DNA from: an uncultured Acidobacteriaceae bacterium
Lineage (GTDB): Bacteria; Acidobacteriota; Terriglobia; Terriglobales; Acidobacteriaceae
DNA length: 64,000 nt
Direction of reading: 5' to 3'
Assembly (NCBI GenBank): GCA_963821295.1
Contig: CAWGDB010000007.1
Coordinates: 254,557 to 318,556 of the forward strand
Shown here: positions 38,874-49,242 of the stretch, in pieces
How the letters are laid out: each line of letters opens with the position of its first letter
How positions within the stretch are numbered: the first letter of the stretch is position 1
Position numbers and translations under genes: made by a program
Notes under the pieces: generated by a model
What the model was told of the DNA's origin: nothing
The model's database searches: none
What the model saw: only the letters and a program-made list of their open reading frames with translations

Positions 38874-41800
38874 TCAAAAATTAAGTTTCAATGCGAGTTG
38901 GCCGACGCGCGGGGCCACAGTGGTGCTGGTGATTTGACCGAATGCCGGCGCGCCATCGCTGAAGCTGGTGTCTGGATTGGCAAATTGTGTGCTGTTAAAG
39001 GCGTTAAAAAATTCGGCCCGGAACTCAAGAGCCATCCGCTCTGTGAGCGGAGTTTTCTTTCTCAGCGAAAGGTCAACGTTGTGCTGCGATGGTCCGCGCA
39101 TCAGTCCCGGCTTCGTGTTCCCGAAAGCCGTTCCTCCATCTGGGCTGATCATCGGCGGTTCGGTGAAACAATTGGTGTTGAAATACTCGTCCCGGCGACT
39201 CTGCACCGAACCACTCAGGCCGAGGTTTCCGTTGCATCCAGTGTTAGTAAGGTCGAGATACGCAAAGTCACTCGACGTGCCGAAGAGATTGTTCGAGTTG
39301 GTATTGAGGAATGTGAGCGGCGTCCCGGATTGGAGCGTAATAACCGCAGAGATGGCCCACCCGCTCGAAACTTTGCCAGCAAAGCCCGCTCCGTGGTTGA
39401 AACCGGGCAGTTCATAGATAGGACTCACAATCAATCGGTGCCGACGGCTGAAATTAGCTTCGCCGTACCCTGCGTAAAGATTGTTCTGATCTCCGATTGT
39501 TCCCCCTCCAAAGGTGCTCCCAACAACGCTTGCCGCTCCGGTTGACATGGTCTTCGACCACGTATATGCCGACAAAAACTGCAATCCGTGGCTGAGATTC
39601 TTTTTGAGAGTGACTTCCATCGCATTGAAGTTCGACCGCCCTTCCGAGCCCTGTCCCAGGAAGTTGGCTGCGTCCCAGCCTTCGTATGGAACTCTCAGGG
39701 TAAGGTTCGACAAAGTGCTGGTGGTTTCTCCGCGGATAGGATTCGTGGGAGTAGCCAGCCCCGCCTGGTTGATGGAGTGTGAGTAGATCAAATGGTTGGC
39801 GTTCGATCCGACATAGCCCACTTGCAGAGCCAGGGTTGGAGTAATTGCGGTTTGCATATTCAGAGCGAACTCCTGCGTTATCCCAGGCCGGATGGTTTGC
39901 TGCGTGGCAATAGAGCTGAGGTCGCTGTATGGCGAATAGGGCGCGAAGAATGGAAACGCGCTAAGCGGTGGAATCGGTTCCTGGAAGGGCTGCGCCCAGG
40001 AGGCAGCGCCGTTGAGAGGAGGTATAAAAATACCAAGATCGGCCCACGGCAGGCCCGGGATGGATTGGAACTGGCTGTTGCCGGTGACCGCCGAATAGTA
40101 GATTCCGTATCCGCCGCGCAGCACTACGCGGTCACTGTCAGGCAGCACACTGTAGGCGAAGCCCAGTCTCGGGCCCCACGTATTGTTTCCGCTCCCCGGC
40201 ACGAATCCGTTAATCCCGGATTTCACGACGCCCGCTGGAACAGGATAGGTCCAGTCCGCCGGCACCACGTATCCCGCCAGACTGCCCGTCACGGGAGGAT
40301 TGGGATCGATCAAAGCGGGGTTAATGTTGGTGTCCCGGCCTCCGAGATTTGTAAATGGCGGCAGCCACTCCCAGCGCAGCCCAAGGTTCAGCGTCAGCTT
40401 GGAAGTGACGCGCCAGTCGTCCTGACCATAAGCGGAGATTTCCCACGTGCGTCCATGTCCGGCCAGCACACCCAGCAATTCCACCGAGTCCAGCACATTG
40501 CTAAAACCATTCGGCGGAAAAACCGGAATACCGGCGGTTCCGTTCTGCGCTCCGTTCATTCCGAGGAGAAAATCGGGCCAGCTTGGGAAGGTCACCTGGC
40601 CGTAGTATTGTTCCCCGCTGTTCACCAGATAATTTCTGACAACGCCACCTCCAAATCGAAAACTATGATGACCGCGCACCCAGGCGATGTCGTCTTCAAA
40701 ATTAAAAAGGTCCTGCGCGTTCGGCGAATAAATACCGGCATTGAAGTTATCGGAGCCGGAAATCGTAATCGAGGGTTGGCTGTTGTTCTGGGTGGAACTG
40801 TCTACCCCGATTCCCGAGAACGTAAGCGGCGAATCCGGAGTAATACGCGCGCTGATCCGGTCGTAGCCCACCCGCACCTGGTTGAACAGGTTCGGCGTGA
40901 TCATGTAGTTATCGCTCATCGACGCCACCAGATAGCTTGATTTGTTGGTGGAGGGCGTGCCGGGCAAATTCGCTCCATTCCCTGTGCCAAAACCGAATGG
41001 ATCGATCCCCTTGCTGGGAGCCGTGAAGAACCGGCCCTGAATCGTGTTCCTTGGCGACTGGATGTAATCGAAATTCGCCATGACTTGGTCTTCCCGGAAT
41101 TGGGAGGGGGACGAGAGCGAGACCAGATTATTCGTGGGGTTCGCCGTTGGAAACAGAAATTGCCCATTGGGCAATTTCTCCTGCAGAAGTGTCAGCGCAA
41201 CCGGATTGATATTGTAGGGAAAGACATCTCCGGGGGAGTTCGTGGGATCGATCGCCGGTCCAAAGCCCGGCGGTCCGAAGATGTATTGCAGCCCCTGCTG
41301 TCCAGCGAAGAGCGTGGCAATCGACGCCGCAGAACGGTCATTGGTCGTAAGCGGCGAGAAGAACGTTACACGGTTAAATACTCCATTCACCTGGCGCGTC
41401 CCCTGATAGGAGGCGAAGAAGAAGAGCTTGTTTTTTATAATCGGCCCGCCGAATGTTCCCCCAAATTGGTTCTGCTTCAGTTCCGGGCGCGGCGCTCCGT
41501 TTAGATTCTGGAAAAAGTCATTAGCATTGAGAACGTCGTTGCGCCAAAACTCAAACACATTGCCGTGAAATGCGTTCGAACCCGTCTTCGTGACCAGATT
41601 CACATTCGCCCCGGCGTCCCGCCCGTATTCCGCGTCATACATCCCGGTTTGTACTTTGAATTCCTGAATCGTGTCAGGATTCGGGATCGGCACGCCCGCG
41701 CCCGACCCATCGTAGTCATTGACGTCTACCCCATCCATTCGAAAATTAATATCACTCGCTCGCGCGCCGTTGATGTTTTCGCCCCCGCCTTCATTAAACG

Positions 41801-42386
41801 GGATCTGCCCCCCACTTCCGCGCCCAACCTCGTCAGCACGAGTCACACTGGCAATAACACCAGAGGACAGGGTCATGATCTGGGTGAAATTGCGGTTCAC
41901 CAGTGGCAGCGATTCGACCTGCTCGCCAGTGACAACGTCACCGAGAGCGTTGGTGCTCGTCTCAACCAGCGGGGCGGTGACCTTAACCTCGACGGTGGTG
42001 GAGGTAGTTCCGACCTTAAGAGAGACGTTTTCGACGGTCGTTTCGGTTACGGTTAAGACGACGCCTTTCAGCGTGGCGCGCGCGAAGCCACTGGCGTCGA
42101 TATCGACCTGATAGCTGCCCGGTGGAAGCAGGGGAATGACGTAAGAGCCATCCTGGCCTGACTTCACTGCCCGTCCCTCGTGGGTAGCCTCATTGCTGGC
42201 GCGAACATCGGCATTGGCCACGGCTCGGCCGGACGGATCGGTGACCTGCCCCTTTAGAAGACCGGTGGTGGAGGTTTGAGCAAAAGCCATGGGAATGACG
42301 CACAAAACAGCGACCGCCAAGAAGGTCGATCGCAACCAATCTCGGCCCCGTAGGGGGATTGCAACCCTCGACGACATCCTTTGCAT
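38874..42386 (-). CDS. TonB-dependent outer-membrane receptor with N-terminal carboxypeptidase-regulatory-like domain
   Basis: 1170 aa. Signal peptide. CarboxypepD_reg segment LKGQVTDPSGRAVANADVRASN...GSYVIPLLPPGSYQVDIDASGF. Plug-like region, long beta-barrel, terminal LKLNF. Confidence 0.9.
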   Translation of the reverse strand: MQRMSSRVAIPLRGRDWLRSTFLAVAVLCVIPMAFAQTSTTGLLKGQVTDPSGRAVANADVRASNEATHEGRAVKSGQDGSYVIPLLPPGSYQVDIDASGFARATLKGVVLTVTETTVENVSLKVGTTSTTVEVKVTAPLVETSTNALGDVVTGEQVESLPLVNRNFTQIMTLSSGVIASVTRADEVGRGSGGQIPFNEGGGENINGARASDINFRMDGVDVNDYDGSGAGVPIPNPDTIQEFKVQTGMYDAEYGRDAGANVNLVTKTGSNAFHGNVFEFWRNDVLNANDFFQNLNGAPRPELKQNQFGGTFGGPIIKNKLFFFASYQGTRQVNGVFNRVTFFSPLTTNDRSAASIATLFAGQQGLQYIFGPPGFGPAIDPTNSPGDVFPYNINPVALTLLQEKLPNGQFLFPTANPTNNLVSLSSPSQFREDQVMANFDYIQSPRNTIQGRFFTAPSKGIDPFGFGTGNGANLPGTPSTNKSSYLVASMSDNYMITPNLFNQVRVGYDRISARITPDSPLTFSGIGVDSSTQNNSQPSITISGSDNFNAGIYSPNAQDLFNFEDDIAWVRGHHSFRFGGGVVRNYLVNSGEQYYGQVTFPSWPDFLLGMNGAQNGTAGIPVFPPNGFSNVLDSVELLGVLAGHGRTWEISAYGQDDWRVTSKLTLNLGLRWEWLPPFTNLGGRDTNINPALIDPNPPVTGSLAGYVVPADWTYPVPAGVVKSGINGFVPGSGNNTWGPRLGFAYSVLPDSDRVVLRGGYGIYYSAVTGNSQFQSIPGLPWADLGIFIPPLNGAASWAQPFQEPIPPLSAFPFFAPYSPYSDLSSIATQQTIRPGITQEFALNMQTAITPTLALQVGYVGSNANHLIYSHSINQAGLATPTNPIRGETTSTLSNLTLRVPYEGWDAANFLGQGSEGRSNFNAMEVTLKKNLSHGLQFLSAYTWSKTMSTGAASVVGSTFGGGTIGDQNNLYAGYGEANFSRRHRLIVSPIYELPGFNHGAGFAGKVSSGWAISAVITLQSGTPLTFLNTNSNNLFGTSSDFAYLDLTNTGCNGNLGLSGSVQSRRDEYFNTNCFTEPPMISPDGGTAFGNTKPGLMRGPSQHNVDLSLRKKTPLTERMALEFRAEFFNAFNSTQFANPDTSFSDGAPAFGQITSTTVAPRVGQLALKLNF

Positions 42387-42675
42387 GACTACCTCCCAGG
42401 TGTTCTACTTCCGCGTCGTTCAAAGTTGACTTTTTGTAATGTCACCCGAAATTCAATTCAAGGAACAATTGCCAGTGAAATCACCTGCTAACGTACTTAG
42501 AATCAACTGAAGATCGGGATGGGAAGCGAGTCTATTCAACAAATAATCCAATGTCAAGGCGCGAAATTTAAAATATTATTTGACTGCTGAGCGCGTGCAG
42601 CAGTAAGGTCTCACGCATGTCGCTCACGTTCGTTGCTGGTGATGAAGTCAGTGATTTCACGAAAAGGAGCGTTCG

Positions 42676-44760
42676 GTGTCTCATCGAATACTTGAGAAGG
42701 CGGCGATTCGAGAGGCCGCTCTACTGTTTTGGTGCCTGACTGCGTTTGCCGGTCGGGGCAACGCAACCTCGGTAGAGAAGCTTTCGATCATCCAGGGCGA
42801 GACGACCGTAGGCACGATCTCCGCGACCACCGAAGGCGCCGTCATTAACGTGGACTATGCCGTCAGCGAAAACGGCCGCGGTCCCAAGCACCATGAAACG
42901 ATTCATCTCGGCCCCAATTTCATTCCCATCGAGTGGACGGTCGCCGGTACTTCGCTGATGGGCGGGCCAGTCTCGGAGAGATATTCCTGGCAATCGGGCA
43001 AAGCCACCTGGATAAGTCAAGCGGACCATGGCGACGCAGCAGTCCCAAAGCCTCCTCTTTATGTCGTCAACGACGACAGTCCCTGGGCGTTGTTTGTCTA
43101 CGCGCGCGCGCTCCTCAAAACATCCAGCCACGCACTGGATGTATTGCCCAGCGGCACGATGAAACTGGCCGAGGTTCGCGCCCTGACTGTTGGTACCGGG
43201 AAAAATGCTGTCTCCGTCACGATCTATCGTATCGACGGAGCGAAGTTGGAATCGGACTACGTCATGCTTGACCGGTCCGGGCGACTGTTTGCTTCGTTTG
43301 GGGGAGGTGCCCTGACTCTGCGCCAGGGCCACGAAGACGATGCGGACCTGATCTCCAGGATTTCCCATGATCTCGGTTTCGAGCTGGCTCGCGATGAGCA
43401 GCGCAAACTAGGGCATCAATTCGACGCGCCAGTGCGGATCCGTGACGTTCGCATCTTCGATCCCGGGACCGGAAAACTGAGCGCTCCTTCCACAGTCGTA
43501 GTGATGCGCGGCCGGATTGCCGAAATACTGCCGCTCGCCGACGCCACATCCGACCCAGCCGACGAGGTGCTGATCGATGGCGCAGGCGGCACGCTCGTGC
43601 CTGGCCTGCATGACATGCATTCTCACTCCACGCTGCAATCGGGTTTGTTTTACCTTGCCGCCGGCGTCACTTCGACACGCGATATGGGGAATGACAATCG
43701 TTTCTTGCACCGTCTCATCGAACAAATCGACTCGGGCGAAATCGCCGGCCCGCGCATCACCCCCAACGGCTTTCTCGAAGGCAAAAGTCAATACTCGGCT
43801 CGCACCGGATTTGTTGCCGAGTCGCTCGCCGACGCCTTGCGCGATGTGCACTGGTATGCCGATCGCGGCTACTTTCAGATAAAAATCTACAATTCGATGA
43901 ACCCCGACTGGGTCAAACCCATAGCGGCCGAAGCGCACCATTTGGGTATGACCGTGACTGGCCACATTCCAGCCTTTGATACTCCCGATCGGGCGATTCG
44001 TGATGGCTATGACGAAATCACTCACACCAATCAACTCATGCTTGGCTGGCTTCTCAAACCGGGAGAAGACACGCGTACTCCGTTGCGCCTGACCGCGATG
44101 GCGCGCGCCGCTACGCTGGACCTTTCGTCAGAACCGGTGCAGACCACGCTGTCTCTGATGAAAACGCGCCATATCGCTCACGATCCAACGGCGGTAATCC
44201 TGGAACGGCTGATGTTGAGCCGCGCTGGTACCGTGCAGCCCGGTGACATCGCCTATCTTGATCACATGCCGATTGCCTATCAGCGCTATCGCAGACGGAC
44301 CTTCGTTCCCATCAGCAACAAGGCTGAGGACGACGCATATCGTGCGTCTTTCGCCAAAGTAATCGATACGCTCAGAATGCTGCACGAGAACGGTATTCGT
44401 TTGTTCCCTGGTACGGACGACGGAACCGGTTTCACACTCCACCGCGAACTCGAGCTCTACGTCGAGGCAGGGATGACACCTGCCGAGGCGCTGCGTGCCG
44501 GAACATTATTGCCCGAACAGTATTTCGGCCATTCGGATGATCTGGGCACGATCGAGCGGGGGAAGATTGCGGACTTCTTCCTGGTTGCTGGCGATCCGAC
44601 GGAAGACATTCGAGTGATCGAATCGCCGCAGATGGTGTCGAAGGGGGACTCGATCTATTTCCCGAGCGAGATATATCAGGCACTGAGCATCAAGCCGTTC
44701 GCCCTCCCACCAGCAATTCGGCCCGCCGCATCCAACGGCAAGGAAATCAACAAAATGTAA
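42676..44760 (+). CDS. secreted amidohydrolase-superfamily metallohydrolase with ~270-aa N-terminal extra domain
   Basis: HxH metal motif LVPGLHDMHSHS. Later GHIPAF, ITHTNQ and LFPGTDDGTGF, typical of the amidohydrolase fold. GTG start. Confidence 0.8.
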   Translation: MSHRILEKAAIREAALLFWCLTAFAGRGNATSVEKLSIIQGETTVGTISATTEGAVINVDYAVSENGRGPKHHETIHLGPNFIPIEWTVAGTSLMGGPVSERYSWQSGKATWISQADHGDAAVPKPPLYVVNDDSPWALFVYARALLKTSSHALDVLPSGTMKLAEVRALTVGTGKNAVSVTIYRIDGAKLESDYVMLDRSGRLFASFGGGALTLRQGHEDDADLISRISHDLGFELARDEQRKLGHQFDAPVRIRDVRIFDPGTGKLSAPSTVVVMRGRIAEILPLADATSDPADEVLIDGAGGTLVPGLHDMHSHSTLQSGLFYLAAGVTSTRDMGNDNRFLHRLIEQIDSGEIAGPRITPNGFLEGKSQYSARTGFVAESLADALRDVHWYADRGYFQIKIYNSMNPDWVKPIAAEAHHLGMTVTGHIPAFDTPDRAIRDGYDEITHTNQLMLGWLLKPGEDTRTPLRLTAMARAATLDLSSEPVQTTLSLMKTRHIAHDPTAVILERLMLSRAGTVQPGDIAYLDHMPIAYQRYRRRTFVPISNKAEDDAYRASFAKVIDTLRMLHENGIRLFPGTDDGTGFTLHRELELYVEAGMTPAEALRAGTLLPEQYFGHSDDLGTIERGKIADFFLVAGDPTEDIRVIESPQMVSKGDSIYFPSEIYQALSIKPFALPPAIRPAASNGKEINKM

Positions 44761-45041
44761 GAGGCTGGCTTCGTTTTACAAAAACATTTGACTATGGGCC
44801 ATGCCTTGCGTATTGTTACCAGGCTTGAAGTCAGGGGAACATATATGCTGTTTCTCGCGCAATCTGCGAAAGCGCCAATGTGCCAGAAACTTGCTCTTTG
44901 GCGCTCGCCTTGAGGTGTAAGGGATTGCCCTGGAGTTGTAGGGGCTGTTCTTGTTAGGGCTAGACCAGAAAAGATGGGCAGAATTGCTGGTTATTTTGAT
45001 GGCGGAGCCTCATAAGTTGCAGGAAATTCCGGAGAATTACA

Positions 45042-45704
45042 ATGAAATCAAGTGAGAAAGAGTACCTTCTCAATTTTGTCTCCAGGCTTGTAAGTGCATT
45101 GGGCCAGACGTTCGGGAAGTATTGTGAAATCGTTGTTCACGATTTCAGCTCTCCTGAGAGATCCATCATTGCAATTGAAGGCGATCTTACTGGCCGGGAG
45201 GTTGGCGACACCCTGGATGCACTCGGATTCCAGTTGCTGAAGACTCATCCGGCATCGGATCTGCTCAATTACCGCACCAAGACCAAAGAGGGCAAGGAAT
45301 TGCGCTCTTCCAGCGTCTTTCTCCGCGATGAAAAGGGTCAAATTTTCGGAGCACTATGCGTGAATATTGATGTCTCTGGTCTGCTGAAGGCGCAGGAATT
45401 CCTCCAGGAAGCCCTGGGTTCCACCAGCACCACAATCGACGAGAGATTTGAACACTCTGTCGACGAAGTATTGGAGAACTTGATTCAGAACGCCATCTCC
45501 AGCATCGGCAAAAAGACGGCCGATATGACTCGCGACGACAAAGTTGCAATCGTCGCATATCTGGAGGCGAAGGGGGCGTTTCTCATCCGTTACTCGGTAG
45601 AGCGCGTGGCTGACCTTCTGGGCATGACAAAATACACGATCTATAACTACCTTGATGAAATTCGGAAGAAACAGGACGTAGAGCTAGAGCCCTCCGGGAC
45701 TTAG
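45042..45704 (+). CDS. YheO/DauR-family transcriptional regulator (PAS-like + C-terminal HTH)
   Basis: N-terminal LVSALGQTFGKYCEIVVHDFSSPERSIIAIEG. C-terminal DKVAIVAYLEAKGAFLIRYSVERVADLLGMTKYTIYNYLDEIR. Confidence 0.75.
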   Translation: MKSSEKEYLLNFVSRLVSALGQTFGKYCEIVVHDFSSPERSIIAIEGDLTGREVGDTLDALGFQLLKTHPASDLLNYRTKTKEGKELRSSSVFLRDEKGQIFGALCVNIDVSGLLKAQEFLQEALGSTSTTIDERFEHSVDEVLENLIQNAISSIGKKTADMTRDDKVAIVAYLEAKGAFLIRYSVERVADLLGMTKYTIYNYLDEIRKKQDVELEPSGT

Positions 45705-45724
45705 TTTGCCGCAGGTCTCGTAGA

Positions 45725-45751
45725 TATCTATCTATCTATCTATCTATCTAT
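45725..45751. repeat. (TATC)6 tetranucleotide microsatellite
   Basis: Six perfect TATC units plus a partial seventh, read directly. The repeat contains the last sense codon and the TAG stop of the minus-strand peptidase gene. Confidence 0.9.
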
Positions 45752-47249
45752 TCCCGTCAATAAGTGCCTTCACGTCTCGGCTCAAGTCGGTTCGCGCGGG
45801 CGCGTCCTCGTACATCGCGTGACCTCCAACATAGCATTTGAAGGTAATTGACTTCTGCAGCTGCGGCGGTACCTGGCGCGCAATCTCAGCCCCAGTAGCG
45901 CAAGGCAGGAAAGAATCGTACATACCAGCGGCGACCAGCACCTTCATGTGCGGATTGATCGCAATCGCTTCCTCAGTTCCCGGCAACGGCGGACCCAGAC
46001 GCGGCGGTCCGTCGCCGCGCTTGCTCGCCGCTTCCACGGCGGCCTTGAATTCCCCCGGCGTGACCTTGGCAGTGGCGTAGTTCCAGCGTGCGTTCACTGT
46101 CTCCGGATAAGTACCCGTCGGCGCAAAGCCCTGGTCTATTTCCTCGATCCCGAGGTACGGCAGGCTGGTGTGATAATTGAGTTCGCGGTGGAAATAGCGA
46201 AGGATTGCTGGCGTGCTATTTGCCGGCGCCGTGGTGCGCCGCGTATCGAAGATATACGGCTCCTTGCCCCGGTCCTTCAAAAGGCCGGCCCGAAACTGGC
46301 GAGGCGTAATGGCCAGCGTCTTGCGGTCGATCTGCTCCGGCGGAAGCCCCGTGAAGCGCGACAACTGCGCCACAATCGCCGTTCGTTCCGCCACCGAAAG
46401 ACTCTCGACTCGGGCCAAAGCAGGAGCGTAACTTGCACGCACCCAGGTTTCAGCCACTCGCCGCAGGCCAGCCCGATCCTGACCCAGGTCGGGCGCCGTT
46501 TTGTGGTAATAGAGGGCAGTGGTGGCCATGTCTACGATGCGCAGCGCAGAGAGCAATGCCCCGGAACCGTAACTCTTGCTGAGTCCCCATCCACCTGAGA
46601 TGAGCACCACTCCGTTGACCGTGATGCCGCGCTTCTCCAGAGCATACGCCACGCTGGCCGCGCGGCCCGCGCCCCAACTCTCGCCCGCGAGAAAAACAGG
46701 CGCGTCGTCGGCGCCATGAAGCAAACGCCAGGCGCGCACGAATTCCGTGACCGAGGCGACATCGCCGACCGTACTGTAGAATTCAGAACCGTACTCAGCC
46801 CTCACCGGCCGGCTGAATCCGGTGCCGATGGGATCGACCAGCACGAGGTCCGTTGCGGGAAGCCAGCTGTCAGGGTTGTCGACCACATGCCCGCCTTGCA
46901 CCAGCTTCGGGCCGACGATCGAGAAATGCAGCAATGAAGAATTAGCACCCGGGCCGCCATTCCATACGAATGTTACCGGTCGAGTTTTGCTCGCCGAAGC
47001 CATGCGATACGCGGTGTAGAACATGTATCCATGCGGCTCGCCAGTCTCAACATCGCGTATCGCGATCCGGCCAACTTCTGCCGTATATCTCAGCAACTTA
47101 TCGCCGATCTTGGCATGCTGTTGTGTCACGATCGGTACCTCTTCGCTGAGCGCAAAGGTTGTCAAAGAGAGAATAACAATGACCACGGTCGCGCGGGCCA
47201 GTCCAATCAGGCTCCACTCGCTATGTTTCCTCCGCTTCACCAATTTCAT
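45744..47249 (-). CDS. S10-family serine carboxypeptidase paralogue C
   Basis: The ATG at 47249 gives MKLVKRRKHSEWSLIGLARATVVIVILSLTTFALS. Motifs: FLAGESWGAGRAA and CYVGGHAMYE. Confidence 0.8.
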   Translation of the reverse strand: MKLVKRRKHSEWSLIGLARATVVIVILSLTTFALSEEVPIVTQQHAKIGDKLLRYTAEVGRIAIRDVETGEPHGYMFYTAYRMASASKTRPVTFVWNGGPGANSSLLHFSIVGPKLVQGGHVVDNPDSWLPATDLVLVDPIGTGFSRPVRAEYGSEFYSTVGDVASVTEFVRAWRLLHGADDAPVFLAGESWGAGRAASVAYALEKRGITVNGVVLISGGWGLSKSYGSGALLSALRIVDMATTALYYHKTAPDLGQDRAGLRRVAETWVRASYAPALARVESLSVAERTAIVAQLSRFTGLPPEQIDRKTLAITPRQFRAGLLKDRGKEPYIFDTRRTTAPANSTPAILRYFHRELNYHTSLPYLGIEEIDQGFAPTGTYPETVNARWNYATAKVTPGEFKAAVEAASKRGDGPPRLGPPLPGTEEAIAINPHMKVLVAAGMYDSFLPCATGAEIARQVPPQLQKSITFKCYVGGHAMYEDAPARTDLSRDVKALIDGNR

Positions 47250-47350
47250 CGTCCTCTCCTGCAAGTAGGAAACGCAGAACTCCTCCATCGATTTGTGGGC
47301 CGTTGCTCCTCATCGAGCGAAGTCGGTGACGAAACTGCCGTTATGGAACA

Positions 47351-48844
47351 CTATTTCGCGTCCCGGATGAAGTTGCGTACATCGTTGTCGAATTCTGTCC
47401 GGTTGTCGGCGCCGTCATAGACCTCGTGCGGTCCGGGGAACAAATCGACGGTGAGGCGGTTGCCCGGAACGCCGTTTGCGGCGAAGCCCGCCCCGTCAGA
47501 ACTGCCCAGGTCGTAAATTCCGCTGACCGCAAAAAGCCTGAGTTTGGGATCGGCCTTCATGGCACGAGCCATGATGGCTGCGGTGCTCTCGTTCTCCTCG
47601 CCAGAAGGAGTGTAGAACACCCACTGCGAGTTGGCGGTAAAGTTGACGCCATAGTAGGGATCGGTCGACGGGAACTTTAAGTCTTCCGAAATATATCGGC
47701 CTACCGCGGGACTAATCACCGGCCCGACCGACGCCGGTGTCGGCACTACGCCGCCCGTCTTGGGCGTGACCACTCCCAGAGATGGGTCGTCGATGCCGCC
47801 GGCCGCATTTGGTTTCAGTTCCGAGGTCACTCGGGTATCCAGCGCCCCGGTGCGCAGCCCCTTGTCCTTCAGAAGGTTGAACATATAAGTGTTTGCATCG
47901 ATCTTGAGGTCTTTCGATTCGATCAAGTTGACGGGCAATCCGATATACATAGAAAGCCGTTCGGCCGCTCGATGGCGCTCTGTCGCGTTCAGGCTCGCGC
48001 CCTGCGCGAGGGCATCGGCATATTCGCCGCGGGCGAATTTCATCGCCTCCCCGTAGAACTGCTGCACCGTCAGCCCGCGTTGATCTACCTTCTTGTGGTA
48101 CCAGGCCCCGGCGGCCATGGACCCAACAGAATTGATATCGCGCGTGTTTGGCCCGGTAGAGCCGGACCCTCCCGACACCAGCAGCACTCCGCTGAACTTC
48201 AACTCAGGCGCGTATTTGACGATCAAGCCCGCGCGTGTAGTACCGTAACTCTCGCCGCAAAGAAACAACGGCGATCCCTCGCGATGATGGAGCTTGAACC
48301 AATCCTTGATCACCGTGGCGACCGCAAGCGCGTCGCTCTTGCCGTTGTACCATTGCTTGGGATCCACACCCGGTAAAGCGCGGCTGAACCCGGTCGATAC
48401 CGGATCGATGAACACCAGGTCAGTGACGTCGAGAGGCGTGGTGAGGTTCTCGCTCAGCTCCATCGAGGTTCGATCTTTGGGGTAGGCACGGATAACCGGC
48501 CCCAGCCCGCTCATATGTAATGGTGAGGACGAAGCCCCAGGTCCGCCATTGAAGATGAACATCACCGGGCGATGGATAAGGTCATTCACCCCGTCGCGTG
48601 TGTAGGCGATAGTGACGATGGCCGCACCCGGCTGATTCTTGTTGTCCTTAATAATGTCGTCGGCGACAGTGGTCGTGTACCTGATAGCTTGCCCCTCAAC
48701 GTGGACAACATGCTCGGTAATCGCCACGCGAGGGACTGGCGCGGCCGCGGGCCCGGTCGACTGGGCATTCGTGCCCTGGGAGAACAGAGCATGCGTGCCG
48801 GCCTGCAACACCAGACTCAGGACTGCGGCGTTCATCCTCTTCAT
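47351..48844 (-). CDS. S10-family serine carboxypeptidase paralogue D
   Basis: Signal peptide MKRMNAAVLSLVLQAGTHALF. Motifs: FLCGESYGTTRAG and LFPGPHEVYD. Confidence 0.8.
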   Translation of the reverse strand: MKRMNAAVLSLVLQAGTHALFSQGTNAQSTGPAAAPVPRVAITEHVVHVEGQAIRYTTTVADDIIKDNKNQPGAAIVTIAYTRDGVNDLIHRPVMFIFNGGPGASSSPLHMSGLGPVIRAYPKDRTSMELSENLTTPLDVTDLVFIDPVSTGFSRALPGVDPKQWYNGKSDALAVATVIKDWFKLHHREGSPLFLCGESYGTTRAGLIVKYAPELKFSGVLLVSGGSGSTGPNTRDINSVGSMAAGAWYHKKVDQRGLTVQQFYGEAMKFARGEYADALAQGASLNATERHRAAERLSMYIGLPVNLIESKDLKIDANTYMFNLLKDKGLRTGALDTRVTSELKPNAAGGIDDPSLGVVTPKTGGVVPTPASVGPVISPAVGRYISEDLKFPSTDPYYGVNFTANSQWVFYTPSGEENESTAAIMARAMKADPKLRLFAVSGIYDLGSSDGAGFAANGVPGNRLTVDLFPGPHEVYDGADNRTEFDNDVRNFIRDAK

Positions 48845-49242
48845 CGCTATTTCCTTGCTCCAACTAGAGCGGTTCCGCAGCTGGTGTATCCATCACGCAC
48901 GCTTTAGGCTACGCGTGCCACGTGGGACAGCCGCCCCCGGCTGTCTGGCGGAAGCAGAACTCCGCAACGGCTTCTTGGAAACCGCAATAGATCGCAAGAA
49001 TAGACGACACGTGATACAAAGCCGCCGAATTGCCGGATGCATTTGTCCTTGCGGGGATTCGCGGTTTACCGAACCCGAACGGTGTGCCTGACAATATCCA
49101 AAACAGAGGTTTGTAGTCAACTATTCTTAGAAATTGTGATTTTTGTGTTAACTTTTTGTTGATTTGTAAATCATCTCGATTCAAAACTTCGGCCCGACGC
49201 AACATCGCTGCCGCCACGATGGAATCTACAAGGGAGAAAAAC

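Noticed and set aside
39792-40940. 382-aa ORF antisense to the TonB-dependent receptor, plus similar long antisense or off-frame ORFs (30018..31043, 30047..31240, 18958..19995, 7626..8465, 8020..8910, 24395..25246, 25206..26123, 17299..18132)
   Set aside because: All overlap genes with strong family motifs. Their translations are Arg/Gly/His-rich low-information sequence typical of stop-poor alternative frames in high-GC DNA.
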